42,618 nucleotides of DNA from Guillardia theta CCMP2712 (lineage: Eukaryota > Protista > Cryptophyta), in assembly GCF_000315625.1 (NCBI RefSeq), contig NW_005434602.1, positions 62,891-105,508 of the forward strand, given 5' to 3'. The position numbers and the translations under genes were made by a program. Under the pieces are notes generated by a model that was given only the letters and a program-made list of their open reading frames with translations, ran no database searches and had not been told where the DNA came from. This document shows positions 1 through 11,535 of the stretch, piece by piece (position 1 is the stretch's first letter; each line of letters begins with the position of its first letter).

Positions 1-28
1 TGCGCCTCAACGAAGAAGGTCGCCAGAG

Positions 29-804
29 GGGTATCGCGTCTAAGAGATGTTCAGCATCTCGCTGTGGACTGTGTGCCTGCCGGTTCAGCTTGTTCCTGCT
101 TTGTTTTGCTTGAGGCACTTTTTACCTTCTGCCAGTAAATCCTGTGCGTGTTCCTGTTATTCCTCCTGCATGCTCCTGCTGCTTGTTGCTTGATTGCTTG
201 ACCCTTAGTCTGCTTGTCTGCGCGGCTTCGCGCTTGGGCTGGCGATGCCGCGTCTGGGTGCCAGCAGTGCTGGTTCTTTTCGGGCTTGTGTTTTGTGTGT
301 GATTGTGCAGCTTCTCGCTGTGCGCTGTGTGCCAGGAGGTTTAGCTTGTTCCTGCTTTATTTTGCTTGAGGCACTTTTTACCTTCTGCCAGTAAATCCAT
401 CGAGCCTCCTGCATGCTCCTGCTGCTTGCAAGTTGCTTGATTGCTTGACCCTTAGGCTGCTTGTCTGCGCGGCTTCGCGCTTGGGCTGGCGGTGTCCGGG
501 GTCTGCTGACGGTTGCCAGCAGTGCTGGTTCGTGTTTGTGCAGCTTCTCGCTGTGCGGGTGAGTGCCAGGAGGTTTAGCTTGTTCCTGCTTTGTTTTGCT
601 TGAGGCACTTTTTCCCTTCTGCCAGCGAGAAGCTGCACAATCACACACAAAACACAAGCCCGAAAAGAACCAGCACTGCTGGCACCCAGACGCGGCACCG
701 CCAGCCCAAGCGCGAAGCCGCGCAGACAAGCAGCAGCCGAAGGGCCAAGCGATCAAGCAACAAAGAGCCTGCAAGAGGAATAAAATCCCTTAGACGCGAT
801 ACCC
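29..804. repeat. Foldback-like element: ~240-255 bp tandem subunits plus an inverted partial copy, bounded by 16-bp terminal inverted repeats
   Basis: GGGTATCGCGTCTAAG at 29-44 and its exact reverse complement at 789-804. A subunit starting AGCTTGTTCCTGCTTT recurs at ~87, ~343 and ~577. 622-786 is the reverse complement of ~155-320. No TSD or transposase seen. Confidence 0.75.
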
Positions 805-822
805 GGAAGCCTTCCGGGTATC
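798..822. repeat. Perfect 12-bp palindrome with 1-nt spacer
   Basis: GATACCCGGAAG-C-CTTCCGGGTATC read directly. Confidence 0.95.
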
Positions 823-1051
823 AAACAAACAGCACGGACAAACAAACAAACAAACAGCACGGACAAACGAACAAACAAACAGCACGGACAAACAAACAAA
901 CGAACAGCACGGACAAACGAACAAACAAACAGCACGGACAAACAAACAAACGAACAGTACGGACAAACAAACAAACGAACAGCACGGACAAACAAACAAA
1001 CGAACAGTACGGACAAACAAACAAACGAACAGCACGGACAAACAAACAAAC
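823..1051 (+). repeat. 25-bp minisatellite, ~9 copies
   Basis: Core AGCACGG/AGTACGG at 831, 856, 881, 906, 931, 956, 981, 1006 and 1031, separated by (CAAA)n/CGAA. Confidence 0.95.
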
Positions 1052-3277
1052 ATTCCCTTCAAATTTCAAAGTGTTAGCAAATTTTTTGGATGTGTGAAAT
1101 CAGATTGGTTACATTTTATAATCAGACGCAATGGGTCGGGCACGCATGTCGCGCCAACGATGATTGTTTCCTGGGGTTGCAACACGCATAAGCCCACAAT
1201 CAGCTGCGTTGAGAGGCATCGAGACTAGAAGAAATGGAGATAATATGTCCTCCAATGAAAACATTGACTTTCAAGATGTGCCACCTTCCAGTTTACATAA
1301 ACCCCTGTTCTTGAAGATTCAAAGTTCCTTCCTATCTCAACTTCAGAGTTCGATTGAAGTTCGATGGACAAATAGCACCCTGGGCTTACGGGCTCTTTTA
1401 ACTCCTGGTTGTTGAATCCGCTATCATGAAGATCACGATGATCTATGCCAGGTTGTTCACAGGTGCGTTTCCGCTTGGCAACAAATAGCAACGCTTAGCA
1501 GATGTGATTGTTTACACATCCTCATTGTCATCCCTATTGTGATCAGTAGAGTTTCGATTGTCTTAGGTGAAAATTCAAACCTTGTTGCCAACATGATTCA
1601 TTTAGGATCCTGACACCTCTGTTTCGATTTGCATGCAACATCATTCTATTTGTTTGCATCTCCTTCTTTTGAAAAGTGTATCTCAGAGTGTTATACGGTC
1701 TACTGTGACATCCTCCCGAAGTTCCTCCTGTCCATTGCGTGCTTTGTGTTCTGTGAGCCGCTACTACCAGGACAGTGCTGCTTCAGAGCTGTTGTATACA
1801 AGGGACCACAGTAATCACCATCATGGTGAAGCATCTTTTATTTGTTGGCAAATAAACAATCTTCAGAAACTGTTATTACGCAGATTCAAGTTTGCATGAC
1901 TGATACAGCCTCTGCCTACTCTATATATCGCTTGATCCCTGGTATCACAGCCTAGATGTCAAACATGCAATACTATCTCGGAGTGTGCAAGACACTTTCC
2001 TGAAATTGCATGGTTGGAGCAATTGCGAGAAAGGATTTGCAGAGAGAATAAGCATTGCTTCATCAACATCATCGGCAATGCCGCAGTAACACGATGATAC
2101 GATTCACTGCCGTGATTATCAGCGTAGAAAGGAATCTCATATCGACACGTCTGAAGCAAGCATCTGATACAAACGATTATCTTTTTAAAACTCTGAATAT
2201 CGCCAACCATATCATGTACCTGCCATTGTCCAATCAGCACATCTACAGTGTTCCCGATGCAACTCACTGGCCATATAGGTTTGTGCCACGAAGGATACCG
2301 TAGACCATGAGACAGAGAGAAACACAAGGTAGACACTGTTTCATATGATGTTTTTGCTTACCATCACAGTTTCAAAATACATGCTGAGATCGGCGGTTGC
2401 TATGCCATCTTCTGTCCATTCTGAAATTACACTTGAACATTTTGAATGAATCGTCATTGTGCAAGAATTTGAATTTTTTGCTCAGCTTTGACATCATCTT
2501 CGGCCTAAGCTAAGTGATCTAAGTGGTCTTAGTGCAATTTGAGGCAGCGTGGTAATGATAGAGATGTTGCATTGGCTTTATGTTGAGGAAGAGATGTTGA
2601 GTTCAAATCTCTTGCTACTTCTTGAATTTCACAGAAGAGACCAAGTCATCACAAATAGACAAGTAACCGTATCTTCGTCGGGCCTGCATATCAATGCATG
2701 GTTAGATTCGAAGTCTCACATTGTTCATTATCGTCCTTACGCGCGTCAATGGGACAATCTCACCATCTCTTGTTCGTCGAGGGAGGGGGGGGCTGGAGTG
2801 GAGACAAATGGGGGGACCCCCTACCCATCATTTTCCCATTTGAAATTGAGAGACTGGGGGGTAGAGGGTGAACCTTGGTCAAATTCGAAACGTTGAACCG
2901 TAAAACTCGCAACGCTCGAGAGTGTGACCCACCCTACGCGACAACGAGGTTTGGAATGGAAATAATGGGGTCAAAGGCGTGGCGATTCAAACCCACATCG
3001 CGGCCACCCCCCTCGAGTATAACTCTAGCTCAGGTGGGTGCTGTTATCCACATCCCTGGGATGTGGATATCGCCCACCTATCAGCGCCTCACTATGCAGC
3101 TGACGCTGCAGGCGCTCTTGTCTGGTGCCGAAGCGCATGACGCCCTTGCGGGCGCAAGCACTTCTCGAGCCCGAGGACAGCTCCTCCTCGGACTTTGTCG
3201 AGCTAGTACGGTCGCCCGAGTAGGAGTCTTCGCCGGAGGTCTCCGACTCCCTGAGGCTCATAACCGACGGAATACTC

Positions 3278-4006
3278 CAAGTTTGTTAGACTTGTACTAG
3301 TCCAAAGTCACGAGACTTGTACTAGTCCAAAGTCACGCAGATATCACATCGACCTTAGTTGTAACAAGACAGTTTTTGCTCAAGACCGAGTTTAATGCAC
3401 ACAAAACTTAACCAGAATTGAGGAGCACAGTGAGACTCTCCGATAGCCCAAGCACATGATCAGTCCCGGGCAGACATGAGAGGACCCGGCTTTAGCAAGA
3501 CGGCTAGGAAAGCCCCCTCTTCGTCACACACGCTAGATTGGCCGCCTCGCCACGTAAGTCGTCTTGGTTTACAGGAGAGTTTTTGTTAACTCGGCGCTAT
3601 CTGACTGGCACGGCTGGCATACGCCGAAGTTCCATCACTTCATGTCGAGTCAAGACGCGCAAGCCATCTCCAGCTGAGCTCCGCCGCAGGCTTCTTCCTT
3701 CAGAGGTCATCTCCGTTTCTCCCGCGGGTTCACTGCCCTTTGTCCGTCCGCGGCCTCTGGGTGGGGCATCGTCGCCTCTGCTTGAGGCACTTGTTACCTT
3801 ATGCAAGTAAAACTCAGATGTCGAGACCGAGGATCCCCGACTGTATCCGTGACCGTGACGGAGCACAAGTTTGTTAGATCGGACTTATACTAGTCCAAAG
3901 TCAAGACCGAGTTTACTGATGCACACAAAGCCAGAATTGAGGAGCCCATGAGAGATAGACTGTATGCTAGGATGTGAAACCCAAGCTACCAGACATGAGG
4001 GGACCT
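3278..4006. repeat. Pair of degenerate direct repeats (~3278-3487 and ~3866-4006), the first with an internal 25-bp tandem duplication
   Basis: Shared blocks in the same order: CAAGTTTGTTAGA, ACTAGTCCAAAGTCA, CAAGACCGAGTTTA, ATGCACACAAA, CCAGAATTGAGGAGC, CAGACATGAG. AGACTTGTACTAGTCCAAAGTCACG is duplicated at 3288-3312 and 3313-3337. Confidence 0.85.
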
Positions 4007-4718
4007 TAGTACGTATGAACTTCGGAAGATAGCGCCGGGCAGTCGACTGTCTGCAGTCCAATCCCGTGTTTCGCCGTGTGTTTGCGCCGCGTTTGTTGCT
4101 GTGGTCCGTACACCACTTTTGTTGCTGTGTGCTCTATGCCTGTCGGTTTTGCTTGTTGCTGCTTACTCGGCCCGGCATCGGCCGCCCGGCGGCCCGCCGG
4201 GCCGGCCGCGGAGCCTCGGACTCTCAGCCGCTGAGCGCGGCCCGACGTTTCCGATGATCCGGCGGGCCGGCGGCGAGAACAGTCTGAGGCGAGCTCAAAA
4301 CAAGAATTTCAAAAGAGAACGCGTCCAACAAAAATGTTGACGTAGAGAGAGGCGAGGGAAGGGGAGGAGAGGGGAGAAGAGGAGGGGAAGGAGGGGCAGA
4401 AAGATTAGGAGAGAGGAAAGGAGAGGAGGGGAAATCAGGGGAGGAGAAGATCATGAAAATCAGTGGAAGAAGCAGGGGCATGGAGTAGGCATAGAGTAGC
4501 GATCTCAAGTACAATAGAAGCGGCAGATGAGTTGGATCAACAGAAGAGGCTGAAGGCAGGAAACTTCAGGTGCTAACGATTCTTGATAGGACATCGATGG
4601 TCTGTGTGCACGAGGAGTTTAGCTCTCGTCTCCCTTGCGCCTCTTCCTTCCATGCCATCACGATCTCAGCCCATTTCCTTCTCTCCTTCTCTGCAGTTTG
4701 TTTGTTTTCTTTCTCCTC

Positions 4719-5912
4719 ATGGCCTCTTCTCGTCCTTCGCAGGCTTCGCTTCCCCGCAAGTCAGGCATCCTTCCAGCTCCCCTCACCAAGCGGAGGAACT
4801 CTCCCATGCTTCCCGGCGCTGCTTCCTCACCCAACAAGTCTCGCCTGAGGGACAGCGGGCAGTCCTCCTCCTGTACCTCGCTCTCTCTCACTCGTTCGTC
4901 GACAGGATCAGCAGCCCGTCCATAAAATTAAAGGAGGCGAAGAAAAGTCGCCAGCAGGTGCCAGGCGAAGCGAACGAGACTGTCTGATCAGCTCGCAGGA
5001 GGGAGTGACAGAGGAGCAGATGCAAGAAATCCGAGAGGGTACATCCCCTCCTCCCTCCTCCCTCCTCCCTCCTCCCTCCTCCCTCCTCCCTCGGTTCTCC
5101 TTCTGTTCCCTTCTTCCTTCTTTGTCTCCTTCCACGTCTTTGTCAAAGGCGCTTACCGCTGGTGAAGCTTTCGAGCTCTTCGATGCAGATGGATCAGGCA
5201 AAGTTGATGTAAGGTGAGCGGGGAGGGGAGGGAGGGAGGGACATGCAGACAGAGTGCGAAGGAGGGGGAGGGGAAGAGGGAGATGGTGTTCTGACGAGGA
5301 GGCAGAGAGCTTAAGATCGCCATGCGAGCTCTGGGGTTCAACGTGAAGAAGGCAGAGGTGAACTGAGCGGCTGTTGCCTCCTCTCATGCCCATTAGGTGC
5401 GGGAGATGGTGGCTGAGCTGGGAAAGGACGAGCATGACACTGTTGACTACGACGAGTTCGTGAAGGTGACAAGAGGTCTGAGGCAGCTGGGGATGAGCTG
5501 GTGGCAGTTGATGTCGCGCAAGATGGCGACGCGAGACACGCGGGAAGAGATCCTGAAGGTGTTCCAGCTGTTCGACGACGATCGGTCCGGAAGAATCTCC
5601 TTCGCCAACCTCAAGCGCGTCGTCGGGTAGGCCGAGGATGGCAGGGGCGGAGGTGAAGAGCTCGCAGGATGGTGGGGGAGCGCATGACGGACGAGGAGAT
5701 TCAAGAGATGATCGACGAGGTTTTGGCTGCCCCTCTAGTCCTGCGCTGCTGATTGCGAGCAGGCTGACAGAGATGGAGATGGAGAAATAGGAGAGGAAGA
5801 TTTCTACAGGGTACGAGGGATGCGGAGGAGCAGCCTGGTGATGGTGATGGTGCAGGTCATGAAGAGGAGGGGAGCGAGTGCATTGGATTTGTCATCGGAG
5901 GACGAGGATTAG
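4719..5912 (+). CDS. Centrin (caltractin), four-EF-hand protein, ~9 exons
   Basis: Spliced peptide ...[158 protein letters not shown]. Classic centrin signatures ([26 protein letters not shown]). The start at 4719 is inferred and needs a GC-AG first intron. Confidence 0.92.
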
Positions 5913-5980
5913 CAAGCGCTGTTGTTCAGCTCTTGAGCTCTTCTTCAGCTCTTGTTATGTCTATCATGTCTGTTGTGCCT

Positions 5981-8900
5981 TCAAGAGTTTCTCTCCGACA
6001 GGTTGTTGAAGCGATGGATGTCCTACCAAACTGTTAGAATCCCCTCCCCCCCCTGCCCCCTCCTTTCCTCCCTCACCTGAATCTTAAACTCCGGCACTGA
6101 GAGAGATCCGGGCTTGGGCCTGCGGGTTCTCAGTCATCAGCTGGCCAGCATCGCCAGAGCTCACCAGCGTCCCTGGTCGAGCATGTCCCTGTCTTCCGGC
6201 GACACCACCGCATGCTCAGCACCCCAGCAGCCTGAGAGCGAAGTCATGTGCCATGCAAGGAGGGCGGCGAAGAATCCTCTGACCCCGCTTGAGGGTGATG
6301 GTATAAGGGATCCCGTCCTGAATCTGTGGCGTGTCAGCCATGGCCAGCTGTTGAGAAGCCTCGGAAGCCTCACCCCATCCTCAATGCGATCGCGAAGGAA
6401 CTTGATGGTGACACGCGAGCCACGAGGACCTAGAAAAGATGAGGAAGAAGCGAGTCAGTAGATGGGGAAGGGGAGGTAAGAGAGAGCAGGAGGTGGGAGG
6501 GAGCAGGATCAGCTTCACCCGCGATCCTCGTCCTGAGGTCATCGAGCGACATCTCGTTGGTGGCTGCCGGTTAGTTAGATCCAGGATCCAATCCAGTGGC
6601 TCTCACGGATTCCGTCAACCTCGAGGACGACGTCGCTCTGCGCAAGCATGAGACACAAGCAGCAGAGAGAAGAGAAGGACCTTGCAGATCATCCCGCAGA
6701 GATCGGCGGAAGAGCCTGGGAGCCTAAGACGAGTCGACAGAGCAAGTTGCAATACCTGTCAAGATTGATTTCACCCTAAGCGAAGCAGTCGACCCTCCTG
6801 CAAGAGACATCGATCAGTGACTTGATCTGCTTGGTAGAAGCTAGTCCCACCGGTGGGAAGCTTCTGCTTGATCTCCTCGATCTCACACCCGATCCCTGCC
6901 GCTCTGATCAGTTTCGGCTCATCCTCCGCCTCCTCCTGTGCCCTCGAGTACCGCAAGGGTTGGGCAGCGAGTAGAAGCGGTCAAGCTCGAGCTTGTAGTT
7001 GTCTCGCTCCTGTATCAAGCCGCAAGGTGAGGAGAAAGAGGAACAAGATGAAGGACAGAAGAAGGAGCAACCTGAGTAAGGAAGTGAACATCTTCGTTGA
7101 TGCGACGCTCCAGGTCGGCCAGCTTCTGGGCTCCTAGAATCTGCGGGTCAAGGAGGCATGCCGTTCATGCCTGACAGCACCCGCAAGCTTAAGAGCGTTC
7201 ATCTCCGTCAGCAGCTGCTCGATCTGAGCAAAACCATGGTGAGGAGAAAAGTGAACAAACAAAATGGAGGAAAGAGAACAAGAGAAAGGCGAGTAGGGAG
7301 GGAAGACCTTGTTATGCGCCTCCAAGTATTCACCCCGCATGCGCTTCTCACTAGTTGACGACTCGTCAAGGCAATGATCAACAGGACCGTGACATCACGA
7401 TACCTTAAGGTCAACCTTGCGACCTCAGCCTTGAGCTCTTCCACCATGTCCTCCACGTTACGCTACATCCTCGTCATCCCCTCCCTACCCGTCCCCTTCT
7501 TACCTTCTCCGTCGACAGCGACAGCACCTTGGCTTTCAGCTGGGGAATCGCTCCCACCTGCCCCGCCCATATGTCAACCTTCTAGCACGCGCGAGGGGAG
7601 AGGAGCCGCCAGCACCTGAATCTTGAGGTCTGCGAGCTGAGCCTCCAGCTCTTCGATCTTCATCTCTCTCTCACGCAACTTGATCGCTCCGCGTCAGCTG
7701 CTGCCAACACACGCTCGCACAAGCTGCTTACTGCATCGCGCGTCTCGGCCAGACTCCTGCTGATGGCGTCAGCTCTCCCCGCTGCTCCTCTCTCGCACTC
7801 ACTTGACCAGTCCCGTGCATCGCTCGCCCACATCATGCAGCTGCTTCTCCGCTACGGCCGCGGTCGTCAGCTGCTCCCTCCCTCCCTCTCTCATTGCATC
7901 ACCGATCTGACGGTCTGCTCGCTCGCGCTGGAGCTCGCTGGTCGTGTCCTCGTACTTGGCCTGGAGACGAGCGGGTGAGGAGCGACGAGAGACGCGGACT
8001 CACCTTGAGCTCTCCGATGGACTTCTCCAGGATCTGCTCACGATCGCTGACGGAAGGCATCAGCTCAGCCTTCCCCTCTCCTTCTCCTCCTCACCGTAGG
8101 GGCTGCAGCTCCATCTCCAGCACGCGACTCGCGCTCTAGCAGCAACACACATGAGCTGCGCTACGTGGAGGGGGCAAGCAGCATCACCTGAGCGTTCTCA
8201 GCCTCCACCTTGGCCTTGCTGTTGGACGCAGAGGCGGCACGAGGGTCAAGCGGCAGCGCAGGACGAGGAGGCGAAGTCACCTCAGCAGCTGCTCGAGCTT
8301 GGCGAGGTCAGCCTTTTGACGCGAGGTCTCGTCGCGGAGGAAGGTGAGCTCTGTCGCAAGGCTGTCACTACACCGCGAGGCGTCCAGGAGCTCTCGGGTA
8401 CCAGACTCGAGGGTGCTGCACTTGGCTTCTGTGGAGGCCTGGGAGGGGACGGCACGGTCAGCGGACAACAAGACGGGAGGCGGCAGAGGGCGGGAGGAGC
8501 TACGAGCGTCACACACCTGCGAGGACTTTGACTTCTTGACCTCCGCCTGCATCCGACGGCTCGTCAGGTCACCAGCCCCCCGTCGAGCGAGGGTCACCTG
8601 GAGCTCAGCGATGACTGCCTTGCGTGACTCTACTTCCGCTTCAGCGCGGGCGAGCTTCTTCTTGCAGTCCTCGAGCTGTCAGGATGAGTGCGGGTGAGGA
8701 GAGAAGGAGAGGCGGCGGGCGAGCTGAGACCTGGCTGGTGACCTCGACGAGCTGAGTGGAGGTGGCAGTCAAGGACTTGATCTTCTCGCTAAGCTCGGCC
8801 AGCCGTGCCTTGCCATTCTGCGTCAGAATAGTTTTTATGTTTTGAGTTACGAATCTCAAACCTTTAGGGTAGCATTATCATTCTCAAACTCCTTTCGCAG

Positions 8901-10730
8901 ATGAATCTCTTGAATGCTTTCTTGCTTGGACTTCTGCTCTCGCTCTGTTGCAGCACAACACTGTCACCGACTCCTCCTTCCTTCCGCTGACTCTCACCTT
9001 CTGCTGTCTTCCGAGCAAGCTCCTCCAGCTGCGCTGCCTTCTTCGCTGCCTGGAATAGCGACGTCAGGTAAGTTCCTTGCCCTGGAGCCCGTACTTCAGC
9101 TTCGATCTCGGCCTTCTTTGCGCGTTCTTCGGCTTCCTTGATCTGCCGCAGGAGGACTTCGATCTTGGCCTCAAGGCGCTGTCGACACATCAGAAGGAGA
9201 GAGGAAGAGAGAGCAGGGGGGGGGGAGCAGGGGCGATACCTGACAGTCACCCTTGACTCGGTCACGTTCGTCTTCGACGACCTGGAGGAGGCGAGGGTCA
9301 GAACATGAAAGAAGGGGGAACGATGTATTGACTGCAGAAGTTCTGGCTGTGAAGTACCTTGATCATGCTCTCAGCCTTTGTTCTTGCAGCGATTTCCTTG
9401 CGTAGCTTCTCGTTCAAGCTTGCGATCTCTTCTTCGAGAGAGTGGATCTAAGCATCATTGGTGAGTCTCGTCAACCCAACATGAGCATCACTTTGCGTTC
9501 CAAGCCGTCGTACTTCCTCTTCCACGAATAGATCTCCTCATCTCGACCCTAGACAGAGAGCTCAGCAAGGTACGAAGATCAGCAAGGCTCTGCCAGCTCT
9601 GCCGGCACCCTCACCTTAATCTCGGCATGAGCTCGTTGCAGCTGGTCATAGAGAGCCCAATAACCCGCCTGGTTGCCTGCCGTCAGGTGAATCTTTCCTG
9701 CAGCTTCTCACGTTTCCGCGCTCCAGCTTCATCTTCTCTCTCGATCCGTCGGAATGTTTGACCTCGAAGTTGCAGAACGAGCCGCTGGGGCCCTGCGGGA
9801 GAGTCAGGTGGGTACTGAAGGACGCCGAGACAAGAGCCACCATGAAGAGCGCCTTCACTCGATCCTTCGACATCTTCGTCTCTTGAATACTCTCGTTCTC
9901 CACAGTAATGATCTCATCACCGGGGCTGAGCTGGCCTGCACATAGACAGCGTGACCGACAATGCAGGATGGCAAGGAAGGTCACCTGAGCGAAAGGCAGT
10001 CCCATGTGCGATGATGTCCTTGATAGTGACCACGACTTCGCCTGCCGCTGAGGTCACGGTGAGAGAGAGCTCGTAAGCTCATACCGTCCTTTTCCTCTCT
10101 CTCGAAGATGATTCCAACTCCGTGATCTCCTGCTGTCCCGTCAGCTCTGAAATGCCGCAGCATTGCAAGATGTCTACCGTTCAGAGGGTTGACCTTATGG
10201 TCAGCCCAGAAATCCACATGGTTCTTGTTGTCATCACCATCATTCTTGACCCACTTGCTCGGATCTGCATGACTAGAGTGAGAGGAGCATCCCTTGAAAC
10301 TGTTCGCGTGTATGTCTCCGAAGAAGGATCAACTCTACGTCATGATCCGATTCCTCAAGCTACACTACATCAAAGTGTTGGTCTTGTGTGATTCTTCTTT
10401 TTCTTCTTCTTCTCGCTCTTCTTCTTCTTCTCTTCTTCTCTTCTTCTCTTGTCTTCTCTTCTTCTTCTTCTTCTTCTTCTCTTGTCTTCTTGTCTTCTCG
10501 CTCTTCTCTTCTTCTTCTCTTCTCTTCTTCTCTTCTTTCTCTTCTCGCTCTTCTCTTCTCTTCTTCTCTTCTCGCTCTTCTTCTTCTCTTCTCCTCTTCT
10601 CGCTCTTCTTCTTCTTCTTCTCTTATCCTCTTCTTCTCTTTCTTCTCTTCTCGCTCTTCTCTTCTCTTTCTTCTCTTCTCGCTCTTCTTCGCCTCTCACC
10701 GTTGTTCCATGTCGCTGACATCGTCGACAT
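5981..10730 (-). CDS. PDZ / long coiled-coil / PDZ protein (paralog A), >30 short exons
   Basis: N-terminal PDZ: GDHGVGIIFERE..VVVTIKDIIAHGTAFRSGQLSPGDEIITVENE..VKALFMGPSGSFCNFEV. Central heptad-rich exons (RLEAKIEVLLRQIKEAEERAKKAE, ARLAELSEKIKSL). C-terminal PDZ: GIGCEI..SDVVLEVDG..MSLDDLRTRIAGPRGSRVTIKFLR..YTITLKRGCWGAEHAVV. Stop TGA at 5983-5981; start 10730 (MSTMSATWNN, followed by a gtgag donor) is tentative. Confidence 0.8.
6878..7012. repeat. Inverted near-identical block 3, arm A (partner 14991-15126)
   Basis: CAGGAGCGAGACAACTACAAGCTCGAG...GGGTGTGAGATCGA is shared in inverted orientation. Confidence 0.9.
7421..8810. repeat. Inverted near-identical block 2, arm A (partner 13217-14610)
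   Basis: Reverse complement matches 13217-14610 including introns, with only a few substitutions and a ~4-bp indel near 8460/13565. The same spurious ORFs appear on opposite strands in the ORF track (e.g. 7763..7978+ / 14053..14268-). Confidence 0.95.
8936..9291. repeat. Inverted near-identical block 1, arm A (partner 12751-13102)
   Basis: ORF-track peptides MTESRVTVRYRPCSPPP... at 8864..9265- and 12777..13130+ are near-identical up to GESQR. Confidence 0.95.
10391..10690. repeat. Degenerate polypyrimidine (CTT/CTCTT) simple repeat in the putative first intron of paralog A
   Basis: ~300 bp that are almost only C/T on the + strand. Confidence 0.9.
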
Positions 10731-11342
10731 TGCCGCGGTCCTCGACTGATAACCCCTACCCTTTCCCCACTCTACCCTACCCCTCAGGATCTCTCATCCC
10801 CTCTGTGTACACCCCCACCCCTACCCCCACACAGACCTTGATCAACCCAAGGAATCACTGTCGAAATCCGGACCCCTACCACCCTTCCTCCCAGTCGACA
10901 TAGCCACCAATATAAAAATTGATCCCCACCCCCACCCCCCTCAACTAGTCAACATCCATTAGTAAAATCTCATCATACTTCACCCTACCCTATCCTCCCC
11001 TACCCTACACTTGGACACAAGGACCCCACCTACTATCACAGCATTCTCCGAACCCTCAGTACCCACCCTAGGATACACCGAGACAGTTCCTAGCTGATGC
11101 CACCCACCCACCCCCTAACGACCCCTCACTCACTCCTGCACCCCTTGCGTCCTATGAGGCGCAGAGGAGAAGAACACCACCCCACCCCCTGGTGAGCCTC
11201 ACGACCTTTGGGACATTTCTGGTACCAAGGGGTTCAGTCCAGGACTACCTTCGTCAGGTCATTTGGGGTGGTCAGGAAGGGCAGGGGTCACTAAGTAAGA
11301 CAAATGGTGGGGTGGGGTGGTCAAAGCGGAGCGACGATGTCG

Positions 11343-11442
11343 NNNNNNNNNNNNNNNNNNNNNNNNNNNNNNNNNNNNNNNNNNNNNNNNNNNNNNNNNN
11401 NNNNNNNNNNNNNNNNNNNNNNNNNNNNNNNNNNNNNNNNNN
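11343..11442. other. Assembly gap (100 N)
   Basis: N run. Confidence 1.
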
Positions 11443-11535
11443 GGCAGAGTCAGAGAGAGGAGAGAGGAGAGAGGAGAGAGGAGAGAGGAGAGAGGAGAGA
11501 GGAGAGAGGAGAGAGGAGAGAGGAGGAGGAGGAGG

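Noticed and set aside
823-1051. CRISPR-like regular spacing
   Set aside because: No unique spacers (whole units repeat), no cas genes, eukaryotic context.
205-1097. ORFs of 76-189 aa in the track
   Set aside because: They are translations of the tandem/inverted repeats.
10294-10903. Poly-L/F/S and poly-R/E/K ORFs
   Set aside because: Products of a polypyrimidine intronic SSR.
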